Below, one piece after another: positions 1 to 9,633 of a stretch of DNA of 64,000 bases. Origin of the DNA: Flavobacteriales bacterium (GTDB lineage Bacteria; Bacteroidota; Bacteroidia; Flavobacteriales_F; PHOS-HE28). The notes under the pieces are model-generated. The model did not search any database and was not told the DNA's origin. It saw only the letters and a program-made list of their open reading frames with translations. The stretch covers positions 19,321-83,320 of the forward strand of contig JBGAGX010000001.1 in NCBI GenBank assembly GCA_044226515.1. Reading direction: 5' to 3'. The translations under genes were made by a program, and so were the position numbers. Position 1 is the first letter of the stretch. The number at the start of each line of letters is the position of its first letter.

Positions 1-962
1 CCTTCGGCAAGGTCCGCGGCGCGTGTGGCGTCGTCGGCGGCCTGAGCGAGCCGTCCATCGAGGTAGTGCAGACCTCCGCGCAACAGCAGGGCCCGCCCGA
101 GCACGGATGAGGCCTGCTCGCGTTCCGCCCAGCGCACCAGGCCTTCCAATTGGCGAAGCCCTTCGGCACGCCGGCCCGTTTCGTTGAAGAGCACCGCCTG
201 GTTCATCAGCACGTCCTGCCGTACGCGGGATACGCTGGCCACGGAGGACAACAGTTCCAGGGCTTGCTCATACCGTTGTCCGGCCTCGGCACGCGAACCC
301 GTGCGCATCAGGGACAGGCCGGCATTGTTCAGGTGCGTGGCGGCCGCAGCGATGGAACCACGCGCACGGCACAGCTCGGCCAGACGCGTCTCCAACCGCG
401 CCCGACGGAGCTGGTCGGCAGGCGCCATGGACTGCAATTGGTGGATCAGGCGCGAGGGGGTTCGCGCACCGGTCCTGTCGAGGGCGAGCATCACCTCGTC
501 CACGAGCCCGGCGTCATCGGGATGGAGCGTGCTTCGGATGGCCAGGGCCTCCGTGCGCTGCGCAGGCGTGAGGTCGGACCGCATCAGCGTGCGGTCCAGG
601 CGTTCCTCGGCCCTTGCGTACAGCCCGATGTCGCGGTCCAGGGCGGCCAGGTCGTTCAGGTGATCGGCCGTTCGGAGGCCCGGGTGCAACGGGGACAGGG
701 CCCGTGCATGGATGGCGCGTTCGTAGGCGGCCACGGGCTCGTTGCTCTGGCGCAGGAGCGTAGTGAGCAGCACGGCGCTGCGCACGGCCAAGTCCGTGTC
801 GTTCCGGGCCATCGCGGCGTCATGCTCGGAAGTCGCGATCCGCACGGCCTCACGGGTCCGGCCCTGCTCCATGGCGAGCCAGGCATCGTCGAGCCCGGCC
901 GCCTGTTGCGCCGCAAGGCTTCCGCCGACCAGCAGCAGGAGGAGCAGGATGACGGGCCTCAT
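1..962 (-). CDS. TPR-like helical-repeat secreted protein, C-terminally truncated by window edge (about 320 aa visible)
   Basis: My own reverse-strand translation from the ATG (revcomp of 960-962) reads MRPVILLLLLLVGGSLAAQQAAGLDDAWLAMEQGRTREAV... and stays open down to position 1. It has a classic signal peptide and an ATGA overlap with the stop of the upstream TonB-receptor gene. It is absent from the ORF track because it has no in-window stop. The overlapping plus-strand ORF 150..977 translates to Gly/Arg/His-rich low-complexity sequence and is rejected. Confidence 0.6.
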   Translation of the reverse strand, partial: MRPVILLLLLLVGGSLAAQQAAGLDDAWLAMEQGRTREAVRIATSEHDAAMARNDTDLAVRSAVLLTTLLRQSNEPVAAYERAIHARALSPLHPGLRTADHLNDLAALDRDIGLYARAEERLDRTLMRSDLTPAQRTEALAIRSTLHPDDAGLVDEVMLALDRTGARTPSRLIHQLQSMAPADQLRRARLETRLAELCRARGSIAAAATHLNNAGLSLMRTGSRAEAGQRYEQALELLSSVASVSRVRQDVLMNQAVLFNETGRRAEGLRQLEGLVRWAEREQASSVLGRALLLRGGLHYLDGRLAQAADDATRAADLAE

Positions 963-3007
963 CGCTGGATGCGGTAGCTGATGCCGAAGGTCCATTCACG
1001 CCCCATGAAGGGAAGCGGTGCCGAGCCGTTCGCGTAGGCGCTGTGGATGCTGCGCCGTGTGTCGGCCACATTGCGGCACCCCGCGAGCAGGATCAGGTCC
1101 GGTATGGCTTTCGGCGCCCAGCGCAGGTTCAGGTCCACCACCGCGTCGGCGTTCTCCGTGATGAGCACCAGATCGCCCGAGGCTGCCGTGCCATAGGAAA
1201 GCACCTTGCTGCGGTGGTCGAGCACGAGGCCCACCTGCAGCCCATCGCGGGTCCGGTACCAGGTGGCGATGTTGGTGACATGCTGTGGAACGGCCTGGTA
1301 GGCACCGGCATCCACCTCGAGCTCGGCCTCGGGTAGGTCGGTGCGTCGACGATCCACGGCGTAGTAGGAATGATGGGCGTTCACGTTGAAGCGGCCCTTG
1401 CGCCACCGGAACTTCACATCGGCGCCCGAGGTGCCTGAGCGCGACCGGTTCAAGTAGTTGTCGGTGCCGCTCTCCTCCTCGTAGACGTACACGATGGGGT
1501 CGCGGATATCCACACTGAACAGGTTGGCCACCAGCTCGGTGCCCGAAGCGATGCGGTAGCCGAGCTCAAGCTCGCGGGTGCGCACCATCTCTCCGGTGAT
1601 GCTGTGATCCGCCGGACCGTTGTTGAGGTTCTGCAGCGTGGGCAGCTTGAAGGCACGGCTGAGCAGCAGCTTCAGGTGGAATCGTCCGATGGGTCTGGTG
1701 TAGGCAAGGCGGGGCGCGAACGCATCGCCCGCTGCGCTGTTCACTTCGTAGCGCCCGCCGAGCGTGAGGTTCCCCAGCCGGTGCTTCACAAGCATCTCCA
1801 TGTAGGTGGCGATGTCGCTGGTGCGCAGCGCGGGCGATCCGTTCCAGGTGAACACGTTCTCCGGCCTTGGGCACACGAAGCGGCTGCTTTCGTGATAGCC
1901 TTGCACACCACCGCGGAGGGTCACCTGCGGGGATAGCGTGTGCGTGATGGCGCCGGCCAGGCTGAGACGTTGGTCGATGGTATTCGTGTTCAGCAAGGCC
2001 ATCGACGTGTCGTTGATGTTGCTCCACGGGAGCTGAACACGGCCGCCGCCACGCACATCCACGGTGGTGTACCGGCCGATGTCGAAGCGATGGCCGAGGT
2101 CGGCCAGGAGGTCGCGGCGCAGCACTTCCGAGCCCTTGTCGCTGATGTGGTGGGTGTATTCCCCGGCGATCAACTGTGCGGTGGTGCGCCCGGAACGGAG
2201 CCCGAAGGTGAACTGCCCGCTGTGGATCTGCGTGCTGTCGGCCCGGTCGATCGCACGTCCGTCGGGGAGGGTGTCCTTCCGGGTGGCGCGGAGGCCGCGG
2301 TCCAGAAAGACCGAGTAGGTGATGGCTGTTCGGCCGCTGCGGTGGGCGCCATAGGCCTCCAGCGCATTGCGCGACCAGCGGTCGCCCGAGATGCCGTTCT
2401 GCATGGTCACGGTGAGGCCCTCCGACTCGATGGCATCCTTGGTGACGATGTTGATCACACCGAGCGCCGCGACGCCGCCGTAGTTCACCGAACCGGGCCC
2501 GCTGATCATCTCGATGCGGCTCACGTTATCAAGGCCGGCACGCTGGCCCAGGGCATAGGTGCCGTAGGAGTTCTCGTTGAGGTAGGTCCCGTTCAGCATC
2601 ACCAGGCACTTGCCCTCATGGGCCCAGTTGCCACGGATGGCGATGCCAAGCGCATCGTCCACATCGCGCGCCACCACCACGCCCGGCAGCAGTTGCAGGG
2701 CTTCCTGCAGGTCGCGTGCGCCCGCCGCCTGGATCTCCTCGGCCTGCAGCACCGTAACGATGCCAGGCGCCTCGTGGAGGTCGTGGGCGAGCTGGTCGGT
2801 GATCTCCGTGGCCAGGGAGGCCCGCTGCACCATGGTGTCCGTCCCGAGCACATCACGGAGCGAACTGTGCAATGCCGCCACACTGTCCACCTGTCCGTGC
2901 ACCAGCACCGCGACGCAATTCGCCAGCACGAGCACGGTGAACCTGGTGTTCCGAAGCGGGGATCTGCGCGGTCGAGCCACGGGTGGGGGACTGAAGGCGG
3001 GCTTCAT
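959..3007 (-). CDS. TonB-dependent outer-membrane receptor (plug plus beta-barrel)
   Basis: In ORF 959..3283(-), Met93 (MKPAFSPPPVARP...) gives a signal peptide followed by a plug domain (…IVTVLQAEEIQAAGARDLQEALQLLPGV…NGTYLNE…) and a long beta-barrel region. The upstream 92 codons of the ORF overlap rimO and are unlikely to be translated. Confidence 0.85.
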   Translation of the reverse strand: MKPAFSPPPVARPRRSPLRNTRFTVLVLANCVAVLVHGQVDSVAALHSSLRDVLGTDTMVQRASLATEITDQLAHDLHEAPGIVTVLQAEEIQAAGARDLQEALQLLPGVVVARDVDDALGIAIRGNWAHEGKCLVMLNGTYLNENSYGTYALGQRAGLDNVSRIEMISGPGSVNYGGVAALGVINIVTKDAIESEGLTVTMQNGISGDRWSRNALEAYGAHRSGRTAITYSVFLDRGLRATRKDTLPDGRAIDRADSTQIHSGQFTFGLRSGRTTAQLIAGEYTHHISDKGSEVLRRDLLADLGHRFDIGRYTTVDVRGGGRVQLPWSNINDTSMALLNTNTIDQRLSLAGAITHTLSPQVTLRGGVQGYHESSRFVCPRPENVFTWNGSPALRTSDIATYMEMLVKHRLGNLTLGGRYEVNSAAGDAFAPRLAYTRPIGRFHLKLLLSRAFKLPTLQNLNNGPADHSITGEMVRTRELELGYRIASGTELVANLFSVDIRDPIVYVYEEESGTDNYLNRSRSGTSGADVKFRWRKGRFNVNAHHSYYAVDRRRTDLPEAELEVDAGAYQAVPQHVTNIATWYRTRDGLQVGLVLDHRSKVLSYGTAASGDLVLITENADAVVDLNLRWAPKAIPDLILLAGCRNVADTRRSIHSAYANGSAPLPFMGREWTFGISYRIQR

Positions 3008-3074
3008 ACGCGCCGCAGGCTCAGTTGGTTCGCGGTGTTGGCGTCCCGCCCGATCGCCGTTCCTTTGCAGCCCC

Positions 3075-4385
3075 ATGAAGGCCCGCACCCTCAAGCCCAC
3101 CAAGGTCAACGTCGTCACCCTCGGCTGTTCGAAGAACACCTTCGACAGCGAGGTGATGATGGCGCAGCTCAAGGCCAACGGCATCGCGGTGGAGCATGAG
3201 GCCACCGGCGGAGACCATAACGTGGTGGTGATCAACACCTGCGGCTTCATCGAGAACGCCAAGCAGGAGAGCATCGACACCATCCTGGCCTATGCCAAGG
3301 CGAAGGAGGAAGGGCTGGTGGACAAGGTGTACGTCACCGGCTGCCTCAGCCAGCGCTACGGGCCCGAGCTCCAGGAGGGCATCCCCCAGGTCGATGCCTG
3401 GTTCGGCACGCGCGACCTGCCGCGGCTGCTCAAGACCCTGAAGGCCGACTACAAGCACGAACTGGTGGGGGAGCGGCTCCTCACCACTCCGGCCCACTTC
3501 GCCTACTTCAAGATCAGTGAGGGCTGCGACCGCAAGTGCAGCTTCTGCGCCATCCCCCTGATGCGCGGGAAGCACGTGTCAACCCCGGCCGACCAGCTGG
3601 TGTCGAACGCCAGGGCCCTGGCCGCCCAGGGCGTGAAGGAGCTCATCCTCATCGCCCAGGACCTCACCTATTACGGCCTCGACCTGTACGGAAAGCGCAC
3701 GCTCGACGACCTGCTGCGGCGCTTGAGCGACGTGGAGGGCATCGAGTGGATCCGCCTGCACTACGCCTTCCCCAGCGGCTTCCCCATGGAGGTGCTCGAT
3801 GTGATGAAGGAACGCACCACCATCTGCAAGTACCTCGACATGCCCCTGCAGCACGGCAGCTCGAACATGCTGAAACGCATGCGCCGCGGGATCACCCAGG
3901 AGAAGACCGAGAAACTTGTGGGTGACATCCGCGACCGGGTGCCGGGCATCGCCATCCGCACCACGCTCATCGCCGGCTTCCCCGGGGAGACCCAGGCCGA
4001 CCACGAGGACGGGCTGCGGTGGATCGAACGGATGCGCTTCGACCGCTTGGGCTGCTTCACTTACAGCCACGAGGAGGACACGCACGCCTTCACCATGGAG
4101 GACGATGTGCCGTTCGAGGTGAAGCAGCAACGGGCCACGGAGATGATGGAACTGCAGGGCGGCATCAGCTTCGATCTCAACCAGCGCAAGGTGGACCAGG
4201 TGTACAAGGTGCTGGTGGACAAGGCCGAGGGCGGCTTCTACCACGCGCGCACCGAGCACGACTCGCCCGAGGTGGACAACGATGTGCTCATCCCCACCGC
4301 AGCGGGCCACCTGCGCATCGGCGACTTCGCGGAGGTGCGCATCACTTCGGCGCGCGAGCATGAGCTCGAGGCCGTGCCGGTCTGA
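3075..4385 (+). CDS. rimO: ribosomal protein S12 methylthiotransferase RimO (radical SAM MiaB family)
   Basis: Met156 of ORF 2610..4385 begins MKARTLKPTKVNVVTLGCSKNTFDSEVM…. It carries the MTTase N-terminal Cys triad, the radical-SAM CxxxCxxC motif (EGCDRKCSFCAIP) and a TRAM domain. Confidence 0.9.
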   Translation: MKARTLKPTKVNVVTLGCSKNTFDSEVMMAQLKANGIAVEHEATGGDHNVVVINTCGFIENAKQESIDTILAYAKAKEEGLVDKVYVTGCLSQRYGPELQEGIPQVDAWFGTRDLPRLLKTLKADYKHELVGERLLTTPAHFAYFKISEGCDRKCSFCAIPLMRGKHVSTPADQLVSNARALAAQGVKELILIAQDLTYYGLDLYGKRTLDDLLRRLSDVEGIEWIRLHYAFPSGFPMEVLDVMKERTTICKYLDMPLQHGSSNMLKRMRRGITQEKTEKLVGDIRDRVPGIAIRTTLIAGFPGETQADHEDGLRWIERMRFDRLGCFTYSHEEDTHAFTMEDDVPFEVKQQRATEMMELQGGISFDLNQRKVDQVYKVLVDKAEGGFYHARTEHDSPEVDNDVLIPTAAGHLRIGDFAEVRITSAREHELEAVPV

Positions 4386-4389
4386 GCGT

Positions 4390-6057
4390 CTACCGTTTCT
4401 CCACCTCGATCACGAAGGCCACCGCATTGCGCCGTGCCGCGCAGCTGGCCGCGAAGGCGCCGCTGGCATCGCTGTAGTTCACCTGGGCCGCATCCGTCAG
4501 TTCGTCACCCAGCACGGCCGCCAGCTTCGCGTCGAGCCCCTTCGCCGCATCGGCCTTCAGGGCCGCATCGAGCTTGGGGAAGTCGATGGCGCGGTCGTAC
4601 ACGAGCACGGCCATCACGTCGCGCGTGCCCACCTCGTCCACCGTCATGCTCTGGTCCTTGGGGAAGATCCGCGTGCCGGTGATGCCGCAGTAGGGCGAGT
4701 GCTTCGGCGTGTTGGGGAAGAGCACGTAGGTGCTGCCGTCGGTCTCCTCGCCGAAGCAGTAGGTGTAGCACGCGGTGTTGTTGGTCACCTGCACCTTGAA
4801 GCGCGTGCCTTTCGCCACCGGTCGTGCGGTGCGGAACACACGTTCCCCGACGTGCGTCAACGGGATCATGCTCCCCGTGGGCTTGCCGTTCGAATCCACC
4901 ATCACCAGGCCGAAGCTGATGTCGAACCGCTGCGGCTTCGCGTCCACACCGTCGCCCTGCGGGTACACGGCATAGGCCTCCCTGGCGAAATGGTCGAAGT
5001 CGCTGTAGCGCACCCAGGCCAGCCCGTTCCGCCCCCATTCCGGACCCCAGCTGTTCATGAGCTGGAAGCCGCCCTCGTCGCCGAACTTGTAGTCGTCGTA
5101 CCCGATCACGCACATCGCGTGGCCACCGAAGCCGGGCATGCGGTAGTCGCTCTGCGTGGGCTGCCACAGGTCCTGCCCTTCCATCTCCTGCATGAAACTG
5201 CCGCCCACCATCATGCCGATCACCACGGGGCTGCCCTGGCTCAGGTGCTGCTTCATGGCGAGCATGTCGGTGCGCTGTTCGTCGGCGCCCAGCGTGAGCC
5301 GCTGAAAGCCCTTGATGCGGTAGGGGAGCGCCTGTTGCCGCTCGGTCTCGTTGGGCAGCTTGGCGCAGCTTTGGTCCGTGTACCCGAACCGGCTGAAGGG
5401 AAGTGCACCGCCCTTGAGCATGTTCTCCATGGCGCGGTAGATGTAGCTGCCCTGGCACGCGTTGGCGTCGAGCTTGATCTGGTTGTAGAGGAAGCTGGGG
5501 CTGAAGGCGGTGCGATCGGGCGCTTCCTGCGTGGCCCTGGCCTGCACGATGGTGCGCGCGGCATAGGCGCTGGCCCACGCCACACAGCTGCCCTGCTGGC
5601 CCTGGTTGAGGCGCTTGGGCGCGAACGGCTCCAGGCTCACGCGTTCGGGCAGCGGGGCCTTCACGTTGTCGGCCAGCGGCTCGTACACCTCGGCTTGATC
5701 GTACAGCTTCGGGTCGAAGTTGGCGCCGGTGCTGGTCTGCAGCAGTTGTTGGACAAGTCCGCCACCGGCATCCCCCGCGTTGCAGCCGCGGCTTCCGCCC
5801 AGGAGGTAGAACAGGCCGAGCACCACCAGCAGCACCAGCATCAGCTTCGGGCGACGGAAAAGCAGGCCCAGCAGCATGGGCAGCAGGCCACCAAGTCCAC
5901 CGCCCATGGATCCTCCGCCACCACCGCCTGTGGGACGTGATCGCTGCGGTCCGCTGGGACCTTGGTCGGGGGTCATCCGGATGGGCATGAGCTGGGGAGT
6001 TGGGCCTCGGCACACGGGACGGACGCGCGGGCGGGGCTCGCCGAAAATAGGACGCAT
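4390..6057 (-). CDS. papain-like (C1 family) cysteine peptidase with N-terminal Gly-rich segment and transmembrane anchor
   Basis: Catalytic motifs are QGQQGSCVAWASAYA (Gln/Cys), GGHAMCVIGYD (His) and NSWGPEWG (Asn-Ser-Trp). The N-terminal region GGGGGGSMGGGLGGLLPMLLGLLF…LMLVLLVVLGLFYLL is predicted transmembrane. The start is uncertain; Met24 and Met28 at 5988 and 5976 are alternatives. Confidence 0.8.
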   Translation of the reverse strand: MRPIFGEPRPRVRPVCRGPTPQLMPIRMTPDQGPSGPQRSRPTGGGGGGSMGGGLGGLLPMLLGLLFRRPKLMLVLLVVLGLFYLLGGSRGCNAGDAGGGLVQQLLQTSTGANFDPKLYDQAEVYEPLADNVKAPLPERVSLEPFAPKRLNQGQQGSCVAWASAYAARTIVQARATQEAPDRTAFSPSFLYNQIKLDANACQGSYIYRAMENMLKGGALPFSRFGYTDQSCAKLPNETERQQALPYRIKGFQRLTLGADEQRTDMLAMKQHLSQGSPVVIGMMVGGSFMQEMEGQDLWQPTQSDYRMPGFGGHAMCVIGYDDYKFGDEGGFQLMNSWGPEWGRNGLAWVRYSDFDHFAREAYAVYPQGDGVDAKPQRFDISFGLVMVDSNGKPTGSMIPLTHVGERVFRTARPVAKGTRFKVQVTNNTACYTYCFGEETDGSTYVLFPNTPKHSPYCGITGTRIFPKDQSMTVDEVGTRDVMAVLVYDRAIDFPKLDAALKADAAKGLDAKLAAVLGDELTDAAQVNYSDASGAFAASCAARRNAVAFVIEVEKR

Positions 6058-6102
6058 CCGCCGGGCCTGGGCCCAACGGATGCGCCGAGCATGGAAGGAG
6101 GT

Positions 6103-9100
6103 CTACCGGCGCATCACACGCAGGGACGCGCTGCGACCCTCGCAGGTGAGGCGCACCAGGTACAGCCCCGGTGCCTCGCCGGACAGGTCGATGAGCGTTT
6201 CGGTGGTACCGGTGAGCTCGAGGGAACGCGCGTGCACCCGACGCCCCTGCACGTCCATCACCTCCAGTTGCGCCGGTCCGTCCATGTCCTCCACATGCAG
6301 GCGCACCTCGCCGGAGGTGGGGTTCGGGAAGGCCGAGAGCGCGAAGGCCCGCTCCGGTTCGTTGATGCCCACGAAGCCGTTCAGTGTGAAGGACCAGTGC
6401 AGGCTGCGCCCGAACTCCGACTGGAAGCTCTTGAGCGTGGCCCCGTTCTTCTTCTTCAGGCGGAACTGGCCCACACCCGCATCGGGGTCGGCCCAGTACG
6501 AGAGCCCGTCGTTGCCGGTGTCGAGCACCTCGATGCTGTAGCAGCCGTCCCACAGCTCCAGCGTGTCCTGGTAAACGGTGTTGGCGGCCATGTTGGTCCT
6601 GCTGTACACCACGGTGCCCACGATGTCGCGGATGGTGATGCTGTTCTCGGCGGGCCTGTTGTTCGTCTTCATGTACACGATGAAATTATCACTGTACATC
6701 GCGGGCAGGGCGAAGTGCGTGGTGTAGCTGTCGTTCGCCGCGTAACCGTCCGCGCCGCCGTTGGCGCTCACCACGCTCACGGTGAAGAGCTGGTCGCTGT
6801 CGCCCGCCCAGAAGGCGCCGTCGGTCACCGGCAGCGTCACCTCCTCCTGTTGCATGTGCTTCAGCAGGCCGGTCCAGGTGTGGTACTTCAGGTTGCCACC
6901 GCTCACGCCATAGGCGAACTCCACACTGGTGAGGTCCTGTGCGCCGGCGTTGCGGAGCACCACCACGGGCTCGTTGCAGATGGGGTTGTCGCGGCGTTGG
7001 TAGCCTTCATCGCTGGGGCGCTTCACGTGGTGGATCTCCGCGTCCACCGCGTGGGTCGCCGGGCCGAATTCGAAGAGGTCCATGTTCATCACGTAGTTGC
7101 CGCCGGCCATGCCGATGTTGGTGGAGGGCACGGGGGTGATGGCGTAATCGAGCACGAGTGCGGAGGAGGTCACGTACGGGGTGAGCTCGGTGACGTGGTC
7201 CTTCACCACATCGCCGGGGCACCAGCCTTCGCGGCTGCCGAGCCAGGTGCCGCCCTGCGGGTACACGGGGTTCAACGCGCAGTCGTTCGTCTGCCAAACG
7301 TGCCACTCATCGACCGGGAAGCCGTTGGCGTAGAGGTAGTGCGTGTTGTCCTTCCATTCGCAGCAGTGCGGGTAGGTGCCGTCGTTGCTGTTGTGGCCGT
7401 GGCCGGTGAGGCGCGAGCGCAACGCCCATTGCGTGGCCTGGGGATGGAGCTGCACGGTGATGGCGGCCATCTGCGAATCGTCGCTGAGGGCGCCGTAGCT
7501 GCGGCTGGCCAAGGGGCCCCAGGGGCGCTGCACGTTCACCACGGGGCGCGGGGCCTCGCCTTCGATGAGCTCGAAGTCCAGGTCGATGAGCTCCTGCTGG
7601 TTCCCGGCCGAAAGCTCCACGCTGTCGTGCAGCAGGAACTGGTAGTCGGTGACGTCGAAGGTCCACGTGAAGCCGTTGGCGCCCAGGTTCAGCCCGATGC
7701 CGTACGGCGTGATGTAGCGCCCGATCTCCCAGTCCCGCACCAGCTCGAAGGGCACGCCGAAGTAGTGGAGCGTGTCGTTCACCAGCACCGCGCCGGTGGC
7801 GAGCGTGCTGTCCTGGGCCGAGCTGTCCGCGGCGTAGGTGTACTGCCACCCCGTGCCGTAGCCGAACACGGTGTCCACCGGCACCACGGCGTTGCCGCTC
7901 ACCTGGAAGTGCTCCACCGCCGTACCGGGAAGGGGTTCGGGCCAACTGCGTACCAGCGTGTCAAGCACGTCGCTGTAGGTGCCCTGCACGAAGGTGATGT
8001 CGGGCCGCACGCTCACGGTAAGCTCGGCGCCGCGCAGGTCCTCGGGCCGCTCGTACACGCGCTGCACGGTGCCCATGAGCCAGCCCGGTGCGCTGGACAC
8101 GGCCAGGTTCTCGGCCTTGTGCGGCAGGTCCGTGGTCTCGTTGAAGCCATAGGCGCACACGATGGCGCTCCACGAGGGATGCGCCGGGTCGATGGCACGG
8201 CCGGCGAGCTGGGCGATGGTGGCGGCATCGAGCTCCTGGTCGAAGATGGCGAGGTCGTCGAGCTCACCGGGGTAGGGGTTGTTGCGGTCAGCGTCGGCGC
8301 CGAAGTTGGCGCGCACAATGCCGCCCATCGGTCGTGTGAACCCGTTGCCGCTGTGCCACAGCACACCGTTCAGGTAGATCTTCATGGTGCCCGTGGTGGT
8401 GTTCTTGGTGAACGCCCAATGGTTCCACTGGCCCTGGTACTCCGCGGGAAGGGCGGCCTTGAAGATCCGGTCGTAGGAGCCGCCGGTGTTGCCGGCGTCC
8501 CAGTACACATTGCCGTTGCTCCACGGCAGGTGGATGTTGAGCACGCGGTTGTTCTGCGCGTTGCGCGCCTCGAAAGCGCTCGTGTTCAGCGGCAGCGACA
8601 CACCGCCCTTGGCCCAGAACATGACGGTGACCTCGGTGCTGAGCGTGGCCAGCGGAGCAGGCGCCAGCCCGATGAAGTCGTTGTCCACGCGCACATGCCC
8701 GTCGCGCCCCACCTGTTGCACGCCTTCGCCCATGACGGTGTTCGTGCCCACCAGCACCGGGGTCTGCCCGCCGGTCCAGTTCGCGGCCGCAATGTCCACC
8801 AGCAGGTTGCTGACGCCGTCCCACGCGAAGGGGGCATGGAGCTCCAGGGTGGCGATGCCCATGTTCTGGAACACGGCCCCATCGCCCTGGTGGACCGTTA
8901 CAAGCCCGGCCTCATCGAAGGTGCTGAGCGTGGTGGCGGCGGTGTTCTTCAGTCGGAGCGTGATCCGCTCCACTGCGCCGGGCAGGCTCACCTCCAGACG
9001 CAGGCGGTCGATGGGCAGGCCTGCCACCAGGCCCGCCGCGGCGAGGTCCTGCGCGGTGAGGATGAACTGCGAGCGCACGGTGCCACGGTCCGCGAGCAAC

Positions 9101-9555
9101 GTGTTCCCGTCGGCTGCGTCGCTCACGCCGATCACGTGCTCGCTCTCGGTGGCCACCCCGGTGATGGTGCGGCGTGGTACCGGCTCCAGCCAGGTGTCGG
9201 CGGTGGGCGCGGGTGACAGCTCCACGCTGGGCAGGCCGAGCCGCCCCACTTCGAACCACGGGTGTTCGTAGGCGTTGCTGTCCAACTGGCCCGTGTGCTC
9301 GTGGATGAAGTTGTAGGTGAGGTAGTCCCACTCGCCGCAGGGGTACTGGTCCTGGGTGGTGGCCGCGTCGCACTTCAGGGTGTGGTGCATCAGCACCTTG
9401 CGGTAATGGTGCGTGGTGTCGGGGAACACGTACCAGCCGCGGCGCGCGGTGATGCTGTCGAAGCTGAGCGTCTGCACACGGAGGGTGTCCTGTGCGCTCG
9501 CGGCCATCACCAGGGCGGTGGAGGCGGCAAGGAGGAGGGGGCGTAGGTGGAGCAT
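6103..9555 (-). CDS. secreted multidomain protein: PNGase F-like N-glycanase region plus LamG-like domain plus T9SS type-A C-terminal sorting domain
   Basis: GRYITPYGIGLNLG…FDVTDYQFLL and EGWCPGDVV match PNGase F motifs as I recall them (GRFITPYW…DVTDFKSLL, AGWCPGMAV). LDDLAIFDQELDAATIAQLAG is LamG-like. The C-terminus …GLYLVRLTCEGRSASLRVMRR is a T9SS CTD. The start is placed at Met11 (MLHLRPLLLAASTALVMAASAQ, a signal peptide); the ORF-track start 9585 is a GTG. Confidence 0.75.
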   Translation of the reverse strand: MLHLRPLLLAASTALVMAASAQDTLRVQTLSFDSITARRGWYVFPDTTHHYRKVLMHHTLKCDAATTQDQYPCGEWDYLTYNFIHEHTGQLDSNAYEHPWFEVGRLGLPSVELSPAPTADTWLEPVPRRTITGVATESEHVIGVSDAADGNTLLADRGTVRSQFILTAQDLAAAGLVAGLPIDRLRLEVSLPGAVERITLRLKNTAATTLSTFDEAGLVTVHQGDGAVFQNMGIATLELHAPFAWDGVSNLLVDIAAANWTGGQTPVLVGTNTVMGEGVQQVGRDGHVRVDNDFIGLAPAPLATLSTEVTVMFWAKGGVSLPLNTSAFEARNAQNNRVLNIHLPWSNGNVYWDAGNTGGSYDRIFKAALPAEYQGQWNHWAFTKNTTTGTMKIYLNGVLWHSGNGFTRPMGGIVRANFGADADRNNPYPGELDDLAIFDQELDAATIAQLAGRAIDPAHPSWSAIVCAYGFNETTDLPHKAENLAVSSAPGWLMGTVQRVYERPEDLRGAELTVSVRPDITFVQGTYSDVLDTLVRSWPEPLPGTAVEHFQVSGNAVVPVDTVFGYGTGWQYTYAADSSAQDSTLATGAVLVNDTLHYFGVPFELVRDWEIGRYITPYGIGLNLGANGFTWTFDVTDYQFLLHDSVELSAGNQQELIDLDFELIEGEAPRPVVNVQRPWGPLASRSYGALSDDSQMAAITVQLHPQATQWALRSRLTGHGHNSNDGTYPHCCEWKDNTHYLYANGFPVDEWHVWQTNDCALNPVYPQGGTWLGSREGWCPGDVVKDHVTELTPYVTSSALVLDYAITPVPSTNIGMAGGNYVMNMDLFEFGPATHAVDAEIHHVKRPSDEGYQRRDNPICNEPVVVLRNAGAQDLTSVEFAYGVSGGNLKYHTWTGLLKHMQQEEVTLPVTDGAFWAGDSDQLFTVSVVSANGGADGYAANDSYTTHFALPAMYSDNFIVYMKTNNRPAENSITIRDIVGTVVYSRTNMAANTVYQDTLELWDGCYSIEVLDTGNDGLSYWADPDAGVGQFRLKKKNGATLKSFQSEFGRSLHWSFTLNGFVGINEPERAFALSAFPNPTSGEVRLHVEDMDGPAQLEVMDVQGRRVHARSLELTGTTETLIDLSGEAPGLYLVRLTCEGRSASLRVMRR

Positions 9556-9633
9556 GGTGACGGTGCAACGCAAAGAAAGGCGCACAGGCCGCGCATGAAT
9601 GTAGTGGAAGGACCACAGCTACCTTCGCCGCGC

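Noticed and set aside
150-977. 275-aa plus-strand ORF at the left edge
   Set aside because: Translation (…GHGGQQFQGLLIPLSGLGTRTRAHQGQAG…) is low-complexity. The minus strand here encodes a well-formed signal-peptide plus TPR-like protein overlapping the TonB receptor stop.
3008-3074. Riboswitch (for example cobalamin) upstream of the TonB-dependent receptor
   Set aside because: Only 67 nt separate the divergent TonB-receptor and rimO starts, which is far too short for a B12 riboswitch, and no conserved riboswitch core motifs were seen.
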